A stretch of 63,262 bases of DNA, filler included, from Folioceros fuciformis (GCA_049999805.1; 6 parts of 6 records of this genome joined end to end with filler, not necessarily neighbours in it); one strand, 5' to 3'. Shown: positions 23,961 through 37,032, numbered from the whole stretch's first letter. The notes: a model not told the origin generated them from the letters alone. A program made the numbers and translations.

Positions 23961-24799
23961 GCCGGGTATGTGGCTTATCTAACAACAAATCACATCAACT
24001 GAATCATGCTCCGCCTTGTAGATTATCGACCACGTCCTGTAAGATTAACTATTTAAGAGCCAGAGTTGTCGGTATGCGCCTTTCCCTGATGACAGTAGCT
24101 AGGCTGACCAACCCTTCAGTCAAGCACTGTCGCCTCATCGCCTCAGCGGACTTCAACGCAGGAAACTGTGAGGCTGATCTGATCAACGAAGAGGGGATAA
24201 CCATTGTGTGCTGCTGTGCTTCGTCACACTTCAATTAACCCTCTAAAGAAATTGGTAGCTGGAACCCATGCACTGCCTTCCGGCAGCGGTTGTCAATCGT
24301 AGAGACTGAAATGTCCTGCCGTCAATCAGTATGATCCAGCCCTCGTCTACATTTCTATGATGTCATCTACACCCACCCGTAAGCAGGGGAATCTTGTTGG
24401 TTGCCAAGATAAGCTTGGCACATCCCTACAAAAGGAGGTCCATGGGAAGAAGTGCATTGAGTAAAGTCCTCATCAACATTTTTGTTTCGTCTTGGCGCCC
24501 TTCGTTGTGTTTTACTTCTAAAGCATTTGGTGGTGGTGTATCCGTCGTGCCAGAGCTATAAGTGACTCCATCTACCACGCTCCCGGGGCTTATAAGAACT
24601 CCTGAGTTTTACTGTACAGCGAAAGATGCTTGTTTGAAAAAGACAACTTTCTGTCATGACATAAATGACATAAAATTAATGGGCCTCCATGGGTAGCCGT
24701 ATAACTCGGGTGACCAGATATGGGGCCCACGATACATGCCCATGTCCTCCACGGTCTTCACATGCATCCCAACGACCATGTATGGGCGTAAGGGCTTAC

Positions 24800-24980
24800 G
24801 GTCACCACCCTCTACCCCTAAAAATCATCACTTTAAATCCTAGAAGCCACCACCATAAGCCCTAAAAGTCAATCACCCTAGGCCTCATAAATCACCACTA
24901 TAAGCCCCAGATGTCACATCCCTAAACCCTAAAAAATACCACCTAAAACTCTAGAAGTCACCATGATCTAAAATTCTGAA
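24800..24980. repeat. Degenerate ~22-bp tandem repeat with telomere-like CCCTAAA motifs
   Basis: Recurrent (G/A)TCACCAC...CCCTA(A/G)AA units; CCCTAAACCCTAAA at ~24920. Confidence 0.55.
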
Positions 24981-25010
24981 TATGTTCAGCCATTCATAGA
25001 ACCATTCATA

Positions 25011-25843
25011 GGATTTCGTCAGTTACAATTTTCCTTGATAATCAAGCAGCTATCATGTCTTTAACGGACACTTCGGCTCGCCCAGCCCAAGCCATATCTT
25101 TCCAAGCTAGGACATCTCTCCATGCCTTATCGGTAGCTCATCCGGAGGTTTTCCTTAATCTCCACTGGATTCTAGGCCATCATAATATAGTTGGTAATGA
25201 GCATGCAGATGTAACCGCTAAGGATGTCACTCTTCTTCCCATTTCCCGCGAAGATCGGATCCTATCAGTGTCCACAGCTCGCTAGCAAATTCATTCTGCA
25301 ATTCTACAAGAGTGGAGTTTACGGTGGGTTTCCTCAACTAAGGCTTTTGCGCTTAAGAGGGTGGTGCTTGGTGGCCCTTCAACCTCGGTGCTACAACGCC
25401 TTGGTCTCCATGATTGTAAGCTCTCATCATTTCTACCCAACTTCGGACTGGGCATATGGCTATTGGGGCTTACTTTAGGAGATTCAACATTGCAGAGGAT
25501 CCATTTTGTCGAAAATGCAGGTCTTCAGAAGAAACTCGTCACCACATCCTTAGCTAGTGTATGGCCACTCGCAACACTTGGATCTAGGTGTTTCAAGGCT
25601 CTTACTATGATATCCGCTAACTTCTTAGTGTTCCCAAACTCAGGGAAAAACTTCTCTCTTACTTCAAGGCTATTGGCGATTACTTAACTTAGGCTTATTG
25701 ACATAGCTATCTAGATTTGCTATTTTGTTTGCTCTAATCCTCTTTCTTTTGCGCTTTCCCAAAGTGTCCATTCAATCATGTTTTTTATTCACGTTCCGAC
25801 GTCATAGCCTCACGGCTGCATACGCCTAATGATAAATAAATAA
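25011..25843 (+). mobile_element. 5'-truncated non-LTR retrotransposon (LINE) 3' end with RNase H and CCHC zinc knuckle, 15-bp TSD
   Basis: TSD ATAGAACCATTCATA at 24996-25010 and 25844-25858. (TAAA)3 tail. RNase H motifs IFLDNQAAIMSL and HWILGHHNIVGNEHADVTAK. Then TQLRTGH and CRKC...ETRHHILS*C. Stops and a frameshift are present. Confidence 0.88.
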
Positions 25844-27096
25844 ATAGAACCATTCATATGGTTCCACTAAAACCTCTAAAGGTCATGCGACTTTCATGGA
25901 ACCTTCAGAGTCAACAACTGGAAGACTTGCCCCCGACACGGGGTGTGACGCTCAGAATGCACCTAGCATCTAGCCACCACTGCCCATAACCATTGTTATT
26001 GCTAACCCCTCCTTGGCTCCAGAAAAGGGGTGTCTTGTAACTAGCCCCTGACCCGATAGTGCCCGGCCCACATGTGCCTTACTTCTTCTGCACACTCCGC
26101 GTCCGATATGGCTCTAAGCACTCGACAAGTGCCGACGGCCTGGTGTATTATGGGTAAGCCTATGGGACGATGTGTTTACAAGCCAGGGGCTCTTCAATTC
26201 CGCTGCTGGAGAGCACCGTTTGGGACTTAATACTGGCAGTGGCACCACCTACACGACTTCACATTTCACATCCCACAAACTCACTTCATATTTCACATTC
26301 CACATATTTGGCCAAGTATATTACAACGTACAGGACTTATTAGTGGATAGTGGCACCACCCACTACTTCACCTTTCACATTCTACAAATTTGACCAAATA
26401 CATTGGTTTCAAGAGTTCTCAAACACGCAAGGACACTTGCCGTGCAACCATGGTCTCCAAAAATACATGTGGTCAATTGTGAAGGAGTATAAGCATGCCC
26501 TATCCCCAAATGTCATTCCATAGATGGTGTCATCTAGCAAGTCCACAAAATACCCCATCCCCATTGTCATGCTACATATTGTATCATTCAACATGTCCGC
26601 AAAATGCAATGCGCAAGCCTTAAACCTCACTGCTATAAGAAAAAAGTCCACAAGCAAAGTGATGTCTACACCACCAATTTTGCTTGCAAGCATATGGTTG
26701 TGGCAAAGCATGATTTGCATTCCCACTTTTGCTTGCAAGCATATGGTTATGGCAAAATGCTGTTTGCACCACTAATTTTGCTCACCTGCATATGGCTATA
26801 GCAAAGGGCTGTTTACACCAGCGATTTTGCTCATAATGATATGTCTGTGTTAAATCGTTGTTGGTCAAATTGTTGTTAGCGCTACCACAGTACGACCATT
26901 TAATGCAAGCCCAAAATCTTTGCTTGTGGAGACCTATAACAAGCCCAAATTTTCACTTGCAAAGCATACACTTGTAACAAACAAATCATGGGTGTTCTTC
27001 GAGGACAAAGAGCCCATTATTGTGTGTAAGGTGCCCTTCTTGCAGAAGGGCAACTACCTACTACCAGAACTTGTGCTGAGACATAACTTCTTTCTT

Positions 27097-27213
27097 TATA
27101 TGCATTTGCTGAGACGATGTAGGAGTGTCTAGAGATATATGCATTTGCGGAGACCATGTAGGAGTGTCTAGAGATATATGCATTTGCGGATACCATGCAG
27201 GAGTGTCTAGAGA
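27097..27213. repeat. 39-bp tandem repeat, 3 copies
   Basis: TATATGCATTTGCGGAGACCATGTAGGAGTGTCTAGAGA; TGCATTTG starts at 27101, 27140 and 27179. Confidence 0.88.
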
Positions 27214-29182
27214 GTGCCATTGGACACTATGCCACATATGGGATGCTATACAGTGTACTTGTTCTGGTGAGGTACAACTCGCACTATGCACGTGCAAGAG
27301 TGTTAAGAGCACTCAAGAAAGGCCACGGAGTAATACAGAAAGGTTTTTGTAAAATTGGGTTCTTACCATACTGAGATTGGTCATTATTGTCACAAATGTT
27401 TACTTAAACACAAAGCACTAACCCTAAGGTCCCCCCTCCTACCCACCCCACCTCATACCAATAGCCACCACTACAGACAGAGCGCTTTCGATGAGCAGGG
27501 AGTGAGTCACTAACGTGCTCTACATATAGTACTTGTAGATGGGGACCTTGTGCAATGGACTCTAGGTCATGATTGTGCATCTCGGCCAAGTGCTTGGGTT
27601 GCAAGCCAAGGCTAGGTGTGCCAGGGCTCTAGGTCGGGGCTAGGACTATCGGCTAGACATCGGCAACTCTCTAGCTAGAGATAAATACGATACTCCCAAT
27701 GAGAGCCAATCGCGTAATTGTTGAAAGAAACCCACTAGTGTGGGAGCTAAATGAACTACATAAGAGTTGGGGGACTATCATAGGCACCAACTTACTTCCT
27801 CACAAGGCGTTGTGTTGGTTCTCATTTAGAGATAAGGAGTTAGCTCTTTTTCCTTGTCCACGGGAGAGACAATCTCACATATGCTCCAATTAGCGGCCTA
27901 ACCAGCATATTAGCGTATCAGTGTATGGTTAGTGTATGTGGTGAGACCTTGCCCTTATGACTGACGCTGTTTAGCACGACACAACCTCTTCTCCTTCAGA
28001 AGAAGGAGCAACTCTTTTAATAGGTGTTGGCCCCTATCGCCTAATTGAGGAATAAGCCTCAAGCAGTAATATGTGGGGGCGAATGCCTCTTAGTTCTTGT
28101 TGCATGTTTCAGTTGCCAGGGATACTAGAATCTTCCTTTATACTGTGCATTACATCAAATTAGTTGTATTTTCTCGCACCCATTACTTTAGTCCAAGAAC
28201 CAACCACAAAGCCTCGCCTTGGGGGTCCAGTGATACCATCGACAATGCCGACCTATTACACCAGCATGTCACGACACCCCGTCACCATTACCATCCATCC
28301 CTACCATACAATCCCCTTCTCACGCTCTTAGTAGCTATGATGAGAATTTGTTGATCTTGGTGTAAAATAGAGCTATTGATTTTGAATTGTTTATTGTCTT
28401 AGTCTTTTGTTTTTGTTTTTGCTCTCTACTCTATGATCATTGCTGTTGGTGTTTGTAGTGCGAGATTTGGATGGTAGTCTTGCCATACTCACACACACAT
28501 ATAGTTGCTAATCTCATGACATTTTGGGAGCAATAAATAGTTTTTGAAAACGATGTTCTCCAAGGGGCTAATACCCCTTTTCGCCTCGCTCCAATTATTC
28601 CTCCAATCTTTGGAGTAAATGGGACCTTCCCTCCCTTTTTCAATAACAGAAAATATACTTTTTACCTTAGGACTTCTTACAATAACATATATCTATGGAC
28701 GACCCATATAGAAAAAATTACCAGAGATATGTCCACAAAAATATTTTACCTCATATGTAGATATGAATTCGATTATAGTGGTTCTTGTTTCTAACTCCAT
28801 ACTACTATTATATGGCTGGTTGTAAATGGGGGTTTGGGGTTTAGGGTTCAATACTATATACTCCGAGAAAAGAATCTCGCTAATTCATACAATTATGCTA
28901 TATATGTGTATGCATACACAACCTTTAAGGGCATCTACTACGAGAAAAGAACCTACCTATTCTATGCAATGTATGCTATTTATGTTTATGCAAACACAAC
29001 CTTTAGGTTTAGGGGCATCTACTATACTAAAAGAACCTACTTGTTTCATACAATTTTGCTATATACATGAATCATCACACACCACTTGATTGAGCTCTAA
29101 ACCTAGTAGCCTAGGCAACTACTTCAAGAGCAAATTTAGCAATTTCATACAAGTGCCCTATATATTTTCGTGGTAAGCCTAT

Positions 29183-30354
29183 TTGAAGGAGCTTTATGTG
29201 CAACTACTTCAGTCCTCTAAGATCCATATTTCCAACTCACTTATCAAATCTCGTAGTGGTGAAGTAGGAGAAATCGTAGGAGCAAGGTCTATGGTGAACA
29301 AGGAGGAGATTAGTATTAGTGTAAGAGCTACAATGGTGGAGGAGAAGGAGACCGAAGAAGGTAAGGCGGTGGAGAAGACCCCAGCACTCATGTGTACTAC
29401 TATAGGAGCCATGACTATGGCAGACGAGGAGGAGGAGAAGAGTAGTAGAACAGGAGTCAAAATGGCGGAGGAGACTTCGTCACCCATGTGCATGTCAAAG
29501 GCAGATTTAGAGGAGAAGGTTATTTCCGTGCTACCTACTCATGTAGTAGAAGAGGAAGAGACTACTCCAAAGGTATCCACTCATGTGGTAGAGGGGCTGA
29601 AGGAGGCCAAGACTCCAACATGCACTACACTAATGATGGTGAAGGATGACTCGAAGGAAGAGTCTCAAGCATCATTGATGGTGGTGGATCTCCAGGAGGC
29701 TACTGTAACTATAACATTGGAGGATCCACGGGAGGAGACTCAAGTAGCTACAATCATGGTATGGGAGGATCAGGATGGGGGGCATGCTTTAGGAGCCCCA
29801 ACAACGGTGGATATCTTAGTGCCAAAATCCGAGAGTACTTCAAACTTAGACTTTCTTATGGAAAAGACTCCAAAATCAAAATTCATTGCAACGAAGCCTT
29901 TAGTATCTACAATGAAGAAGGATCTAAAATCTAAATCATCCGTAGAGGTCAAGATCCAAGAATTGGATTTCATGGCAAAAAAGACTTCAAAATATGAGGA
30001 AGAAGGACACAAAATATATATTGTCAAATATCCGAAACCTCTTGAAAGTTCATACAATAGAAAAATTGCACTCAAGGAGTTTGAAGTGAAGTGGTATACA
30101 CGCAAGCAAGATGTTTTATATGTTGCAATTGTATTGAAGAGGTATCAGAGGGACAATGTGCTCACAACGATCAAAGCAAGTCCTACAACTAGTTCAACTC
30201 ATCAGCTAGATCTTGCTAAACTACAAAAACAAAAAGGTGACTTAGAACTAGATATACAACAGCTTCAACAAGAAAGGGATTTAGCAACTGAAAACCAATA
30301 TAAAGCATATCAAGAGCTCGAAGTGTTGACAAGGGAGAGAGATGCAGAACTTGA
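29183..30354 (+). other. Long intronless E/T/K-rich ORF ending in a coiled coil, truncated by the scaffold end; probably TE-derived
   Basis: About 390 open codons in an AT-rich repeat context. C-terminal heptads LAKLQKQKGDLELDIQQLQQERDLA. No recognised domain. Confidence 0.35.
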
Positions 30355-30454
30355 NNNNNNNNNNNNNNNNNNNNNNNNNNNNNNNNNNNNNNNNNNNNTT
30401 AATTAATTAANNNNNNNNNNNNNNNNNNNNNNNNNNNNNNNNNNNNNNNNNNNN

Positions 30455-30768
30455 CGAGCATGCCCCCCCCTCCTCCCATGGAGGATCCATTGTCTCAATT
30501 GTCAGGCCTCCCTCCTGGCGCCATTCCAGCGGGCTACGGCGGCGGGTACGCAGGTTATCCAGGAGGCCAAGGTGCGGGTTCCTCTCAGTACGCTCCCACG
30601 GAGTTCGCTTCCGAGCCTCCGAAACCAGAAGGGTCAGAAGGTTCAGGGTCATGGTTCGGGAATCTTTTCGGAAGCAAGAAGGAGGATCAGCCTGCAGTGG
30701 CAGTGGAGAAGTTCGACAGCTTCGAGGCCCACCCCGCTCCACCAACCCCTGGCTTCGATTGGAAGTGA
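30455..30768 (+). CDS. TIM17: 3' end of mitochondrial inner-membrane translocase TIM17 (TIM17-2-like C-terminal extension); 5' part lies beyond the scaffold edge
   Basis: P/G-rich stretch followed by SGSWFGNLFGSKKE...FDSFEAHPAPPTPGFDWK*, resembling the plant TIM17-2 tail (SSWFGGLF.KKKE...ESFDAPP.P.FEFK). Confidence 0.72.
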
Positions 30769-33302
30769 CCAGCTCCCTTGTTGTGGAAGTTACCTTATTC
30801 GTTTCTGCAAAGCTACCGTCGCTGCAGGGGCAGAACGTGCTGCGATGCAATTTTTGTTCGACATCTTTAGAATTGTGAGAGTGGCTCAAGCTTTTTGCTC
30901 CTCCAGCAGAGTCTAGACTGATGAGAGGCAGGATGAGCGTTCCTGAATTTGCTGACCCTTCCTTTCCCGATCACCGGTTAGGGTTTCTGGCAGGGGTAGT
31001 TGCTTCGGCATCGAGAGTAGGTGCCTGTACTGTAGGGTTTTATCTGCCGAGCGCGGGGTACTACATTCTTACCATCTCGTGGGCAAACCTGTCATGGGAC
31101 TGTTTGGTGGCCAAGTGCAGGGGCCCAGCGCTGGTGGACTTCCATTCTTAGGCGCCTGGGATACCGGATCCCTGCAGTACGCACTGTTGTCGTGGACAAG
31201 TGCTGGCTGCCGCGTTTGGAATGTAGCACAGTTGGAAGCTTGCCTAATCGGGGACAGCAGCTTTGCTCCCTGTTTTTCAAACACGCCCAGATGGTGCATC
31301 AGCAAGACTTGGTTGGACAAGCTCATGACGTCCTTCATCCCAGCGGTGTGAGGCGCAAGGCTTTGGTATCGTATGAGAGAACGCAGCGCACGGCAGGGCA
31401 GGAGGTCTCGGTTTGGGACTCATTTAGTGCTCAACTCTCACTGTGTGTTGTGAGAAGGCCCAGAGTCGTTGATTCGCTCCTGCTTATTTTATCCTCCTGT
31501 TTCCGGACTCGAGTCGGTTAGCAAGTCACTGTTCTCGCATAGCAAGAGTGGCGTGCAGCACTGCAGTGCGTGACACGCTTTGGTGGGCGTCAGCCTCTGA
31601 CATGTGTCGGCGGACGGGGCGGTGACCGGTTACCAGCTCATCACCGTATCGCCGGAATCGCCAGCCCGCAAAGCATAGTATTGTACGGTGCTGTATGGTA
31701 TAGTCAATAATTCTACTGCGAAGAAGTTGCGAGGTCGGCGCGCAGCGGCAGGGGCTGGAGCGAGAGCTTCTCACAGCCTCTCTCGAGGTGTTTCAAGTGC
31801 GGAGAGAAGGTGAGAGATCTGACACCCTCAAGTGGAGGCGGAGGAGGGCGGGCAGCCCGGGCAGCCGGGCAGCGTAGCCTGCCCGCGTCTTCGTGACCCC
31901 CACTAGCGCCAGCTGTCTGCACGATTTCGCCAGCGGAGCGGAGGAGAAACGCGGTACAAACAGTGTGGCGCGGAGGAACGAGGCGGGGTCGAAGGAACCA
32001 GGAAGGTGCCGGGACAGGCGCGCCGTGTGCTGCCCGCGGGCAGCCCACGGAGGCCGGGCAGCGCGGGCAGGGCCAGACGCAGGGTCAAAGTTAGAGGAGT
32101 CGATAATGCAGGTAAATTTGGAGCAGGAGGTGGAGTCCCGCTCGTCCCCGGCTGGTAGCCTTCCCGCTCCTGGTGGCGTGGTGTGCAGTTGTTGCGAGGC
32201 TAGCGTGTGCGGATCCAGGCTTTCGTGGGAGCGCATCTCCCTTTCCCTCGGCGAGCTCGAGCGCGGGGTCCAGCCCCCGGCCCTCCGCGGACTCTTCCGC
32301 CACCTCCCTCGTCTCTGCTGCTCCTGAAGCGCGGCCTGGCAGGAGGCGCGGTCATGAAGAGAGCGTCAGGTGTCCGGAGCACCACCACCACCAGCAGCAG
32401 CAGGAGACTCGAGGAGAAGGCTTCGCTGCCCGCGCATTGGTGCAGCGGAGTTTGAGCGCCGCGTCGTTCCTCCCGGCTGGCTTCCGAGTGAGTTCCTTTC
32501 TGCATTGCCGGGTGCTTGGTGCTGTTGCTTTTCCTGGTCGGGGGGTCTTCTCTGTGTGTGTGCTTGTGTGTGCGTGGCGTGTGATGTGGTCTCGTGTGCG
32601 CGGTGCGGGATTCCGGTTTGCCCTGCGAGATCTCGACGCGGGGAATCCCGGGGTGTACCGCGGATTGCCGGCCCCCCGGGGGCGTGGTTTGCATCTTAGC
32701 ATCCTCGGGGCCCCGTTCCCCTCGCGTTTGTAGGGTTTCGTGGTGGGTATCGGGGGTTTGGTTTTGGGTCGGTTTTGTTTTTCCGGTCTCGCATGGGTGC
32801 TTGCTTTGTTTTGGTGAGCGGGGGCGATGTAGGGNNNNNNNNNNNNNNNNNNNNNNNNNNNNNNNNNNNNNNNNNNNNNNNNNNNNNNNNNNNNNNNNNN
32901 NNNNNNNNNNNNNNNNNNNNNNNNNNNNNNNNNNAAGGGGTAAGGGAATCTCGCCGTTTGGTGCATGCTTCAAGCTGGACCGGGTATCCATGTAGAGAGT
33001 AGGGGTGTGGTTTTGCTGTTTTAGTTTGGTTTTGCTTGTATGGTTTGTTAGGAAAAGGTGGTTTGGCGTCCGGAAGTTGTTCTGAAGTAGTAGCCCGTTG
33101 TGGTGGTGCGGGTGTTTGTGCGTGTTATGTGCAGTGCTGGGAAATACCGGAGAATCTGGAAGAAAGATTTCAGATCCATCACTGGTACTTAAAAAACGGA
33201 AAGGAAAGGGCCCAAAGCAAGGCTTTGGGTAAGAGAGGCGCTGGGCTGTCAATGTCACAGGGTGGATCGGCAGAAACAATTCTGCAGAATCCTCTTCTCA
33301 AA

Positions 33303-34649
33303 ATGCCTCCATCGCTGCAGGATAACTTCCCTTCCACGCCGGGGAAGGTGAAGGTGGAGAGAAGTAATTATTTCGGGAGGGTGGCCAGGGGGTGGCATTC
33401 CTCCACGTCTACTAAGCTGTTGATTGCTTTTGGGGCATTCAGCCTGGTTACTTTGGCGTTTCTGCTCTTCTACAAGTCTCCTGCCGGGGCCCCCAACTAT
33501 GGTTCCTATCTAGGCACCAGCTCTGCTACATGGGGAGGCCGGGCGTGGGAGAAAAAGGTGCTGCACTCCGTGCGTCCCAAGAAGGACAGAGAGGATGCCA
33601 TGACCGTGCTGGTGACAGGTGCAGCAGGTTTTGTCGGGGCTCATGTCTCCCTCGCGCTGAGGAAGAGAGGGGATGGTGTCGTGGGTCTGGACAACTTCAA
33701 CAATTATTATGATCCTTCGCTGAAGAGAGCTAGGCAAGAGCATCTGAGCAAGGCTGGGGTGTTCGTGATCGAAGGAGATATCAATGATGCAGAGCTTCTC
33801 AAGAAGTTGTTTGACATGGTACCGTTCACGCATGTGATGCATCTGGCAGCTCAGGCTGGTGTGAGGTATGCCATGGTGAACCCTAAGTCTTACGTGCACA
33901 GCAACATTGCGGGCCTTGTCACCCTGTTTGAAGCCTGCAAGTCGGCAAACCCCCAGCCAGCTATCGTGTGGGCGTCGTCCAGCTCCGTCTATGGTCTTAA
34001 CCCCAAGGTCCCCTTCTCGGAGGCTGATCGCACTGATCAGCCAGCCAGCTTGTATGCTGCAACCAAGAAAGCTGGGGAGGAGATCGCGCACACCTACAAC
34101 CACATCTACGGTCTCTCAATAACTGGTCTGCGCTTCTTTACGGTGTATGGGCCATGGGGCCGTCCTGATATGGCATACTTCTTTTTCACACGGGACATTC
34201 TTCGCGGCACTCCCGTCTCCATCTACGAAGGGCAAGGGAAGAAGGACCTGGCACGGGACTTCACCTACATCGATGACATTGTCAAGGGGTGTATTGCTTC
34301 TTTGCAAACAGCGGAGAAAAGTACTGGTTCTGGTGGCAAGAAGAGAGGAGCAGCTCAGTTCCGAACATTCAACTTGGGCAACACCTCGCCTGTCACTGTG
34401 AAGGACCTGGTCAGCATTCTTGAGAAGCACCTAAAGATGGAGGCGAAGAAGCAGTTCATCAAGATGCCCAGGAACGGTGATGTCCCATTTACGCATGCTA
34501 ACATCACCTTGGCCAGAGATCAACTCCACTACAAGCCGACCACAGACCTCAAGACCGGGTTGAAGAAGTTTGTCAATTGGTACAAGGACTACTACGGGGT
34601 CAACGAACATGAGACACGTGGTAGCACGAAAACAATGAGCTTGCTCTAG
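33303..34649 (+). CDS. GAE: UDP-glucuronate 4-epimerase, intronless CDS
   Basis: MPPSLQDNFPSTPGKVK N-terminus, TM anchor, VLVTGAAGFVG, HLAAQAGVRYA, WASSSSVYG, SLYAATKKAGE and LRFFTVYGPWGRPDMAY. Likely 5'-UTR intron acceptor (TTCTGCAG) just upstream at ~33287. Confidence 0.96.
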   Translation: MPPSLQDNFPSTPGKVKVERSNYFGRVARGWHSSTSTKLLIAFGAFSLVTLAFLLFYKSPAGAPNYGSYLGTSSATWGGRAWEKKVLHSVRPKKDREDAMTVLVTGAAGFVGAHVSLALRKRGDGVVGLDNFNNYYDPSLKRARQEHLSKAGVFVIEGDINDAELLKKLFDMVPFTHVMHLAAQAGVRYAMVNPKSYVHSNIAGLVTLFEACKSANPQPAIVWASSSSVYGLNPKVPFSEADRTDQPASLYAATKKAGEEIAHTYNHIYGLSITGLRFFTVYGPWGRPDMAYFFFTRDILRGTPVSIYEGQGKKDLARDFTYIDDIVKGCIASLQTAEKSTGSGGKKRGAAQFRTFNLGNTSPVTVKDLVSILEKHLKMEAKKQFIKMPRNGDVPFTHANITLARDQLHYKPTTDLKTGLKKFVNWYKDYYGVNEHETRGSTKTMSLL

Positions 34650-35689
34650 GTGTATGTTTATTTGTAGGCACAGCCGTAGTCTGAGATGTTTATCAATCTT
34701 GGGGCCTGAAAACGAGGCCCAACTGCCCTTGGTTATTGCCCTGCGGGACATGATTCTATCCAGTCTCGTGGCAGCAAGATCACATACTGGTGTGCCGACA
34801 GACAGGATTCAACCTGCGTTCGGGAGCTTGGATATAGTGGAGGCGGATGATATAGGTGAGATGGGATTGCTCCTTAGGAAGATGTGAGTTATCATCTGTT
34901 GATACAAAAGGATCTGCAGCTCTCGTGCACTCCGCTTAGGCATGCGAAGCTGAGTAAGTGCGATTGAGATAGTGCATGTCTATTCGAAGGTGAAATTTGT
35001 TTTAGCAGCCCCAACCATTTTTGGGTTTCAGCTTTGCCCAGCCTATGACGTACTGGACTTCCCACTATGTTTCCCTGATATCAATTTGAAACGTGGATCA
35101 TGTACAGAGGAAATAAGGAAGATGTTTTTTCAGATTTTGCCACAAAATTAAAAGTCAGTGTGAGGATTAATCAACAAAAATCTCGTCAATGTCATCTTAA
35201 TCGTTACAAAGTTGTTTTCGGAGAGGGTACATAAAAGTGCGCTACAACCTAAACAGACTACAAAACTAGAAGCCTATCTTGTCCTACTGAATGTATCAAC
35301 ATTCTCTCCATCAACTGTCCCAGAAAAATGAAACTGATCAATACTCTATACCATTTACTTCCTTAATTTGTCATCCGAATATCAGGTATTATACAAAAAC
35401 ATTTCAAGCGGGACTTAGGAAATCCAGCAGAGGGGACACTATTGAGATTCCTAAAACCGGTTCCAGGTGTCCCACATCATCATTCAAAAAAGCGGCTTAT
35501 GAGATAAGCTGACATGGATAGTATACAAGCAACATTCCGGCATCCTTACTATTCTGGACAACAGACGCCCAAGCACGAGTTTAGCTTACTAATCTCGCAG
35601 AGTAGATCCCAGGTAACTTGAGATCCGCAGAGGTGAGGGCAGGGCAGAGCAGGGCACCGAAACCCATGTTCTCTGAGCTTGAGAGCAGG

Positions 35690-36481
35690 TCACACAGATT
35701 CCGCTAGAGATCCCTGCGCTGCCAAGTCGTCAGGATTGATGAGGGAACACATGCCATAGATGTGCCCATTAAGACAAACAAAACCTTCGATGTCGTCATC
35801 GTATGCTGCCATTCTCTTAGAGGCGGTGCCGGGTAACAGCCTTGCATCACGCATACTCCACACTCGTGCATGGCAGAAGGGACAATACTCATGCTGCTCA
35901 AGTTGCGCACATCTTTCGATGAGCATTCTTCTAGTTATAGAACTTCCGAAGGCCTTGAACACCCCACGGAATACGCCAATATCATCATCCTCCACCTCAT
36001 CCATATGCTCGCAGCCATCCGAGACATAGAGCGTGTCGGACCTGCAATGGAGGCTGAGAAAGTTCTTTCCGGAGGTCTTGGAAAACCTTGTCTTCCAAGC
36101 GAAGTGGCCAGGCACCACCCTCGCTTTGAAGTTGCGTGTGTTGTGCGAGCCCGGACAGTAGAACATCAACTTCCCAAGAGCTTCCCAGCCACCGTCCACT
36201 GTTCCTTGCTTGGCTCCGGCCAGCAGATCTGAAAACATCTTCGGTGCCCGAGAGAGGCAGAATTCCCTCCACAGAACTCTCTTCGACAAGTTAGAGAACT
36301 GTTTGCAAACCTTCGCTGACGTGCAGATCAGAAACGGGTTCCAATTCTGGGCTCGAAACACGAGAACGTAAATGGTCTCGTTCAGAAGGGGACAGGCCGA
36401 CGAGCCTCCGTCTACAGCATCTCCAATGGTTTTCCGATGCTTGGCCAGTACGACTGGTCCGACACTCCTGGGGGCCAACAT
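35690..36481 (-). CDS. EID1-like F-box protein (EDL family), intronless
   Basis: F-box LNETIYVLVF...NWNP...VLWREFC.SRAPKM, GGWEALGKL..YCPG, GHF...RFSKTSGKNFL...C..D.LYVSD.CEH, D.GVFRGVF, CPFC...WSM and VCLNGH. Confidence 0.88.
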   Translation of the reverse strand: MLAPRSVGPVVLAKHRKTIGDAVDGGSSACPLLNETIYVLVFRAQNWNPFLICTSAKVCKQFSNLSKRVLWREFCLSRAPKMFSDLLAGAKQGTVDGGWEALGKLMFYCPGSHNTRNFKARVVPGHFAWKTRFSKTSGKNFLSLHCRSDTLYVSDGCEHMDEVEDDDIGVFRGVFKAFGSSITRRMLIERCAQLEQHEYCPFCHARVWSMRDARLLPGTASKRMAAYDDDIEGFVCLNGHIYGMCSLINPDDLAAQGSLAESV

Positions 36482-37032
36482 CTTCTGCTGTGGCTACACA
36501 AGTCCGTCCCACACACACGTCGTCAATCGCACAGCCCGACAACACTGTACCCACACCACATGACTGCACAAGAAGCAGAATCAAACATACCCGTCCCGCC
36601 AGGGACGCCAATTCTTGATCCACCGTACTGGTTCTAAGCAACATATAGCCACCACCTCCAAAGGCCCCTCGCTGTCAGAATGACTGCCAGGACAGTCCGC
36701 CGACTATGGGCATCAGACTCCTTTCTCCTCACGCTAGACCAGGACCAGATGAAAGGAGGACTCATGCAGCCACTTCTTTTGTCCCTCCAACACCCTCTTG
36801 AAATTACACCGCTCTGCAGCACATGGTGCATCTAATGCCCGCCCCCACCGGAAGAAGCCGTCCCGGTCCCCTCCTCCAGTTGCAAGAAGGCGAGAGAAAC
36901 GAGATCAAGAACAAGACAACAGAGCCCAGCTCNNNNNNNNNNNNNNNNNNNNNNNNNNNNNNNNNNNNNNNNNNNNTTAATTAATTAANNNNNNNNNNNN
37001 NNNNNNNNNNNNNNNNNNNNNNNNNNNNNNNN

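Noticed and set aside
25900..28800. Short ORFs in the AT-rich region after the LINE
   Set aside because: Fragmentary, with no identifiable domain; probably old TE debris that I cannot classify.
33036..33302. N-terminal extension of the GAE ORF in the ORF track
   Set aside because: Begins at a non-ATG codon in T/G-rich intron-like sequence; family similarity begins at the ATG at 33303.
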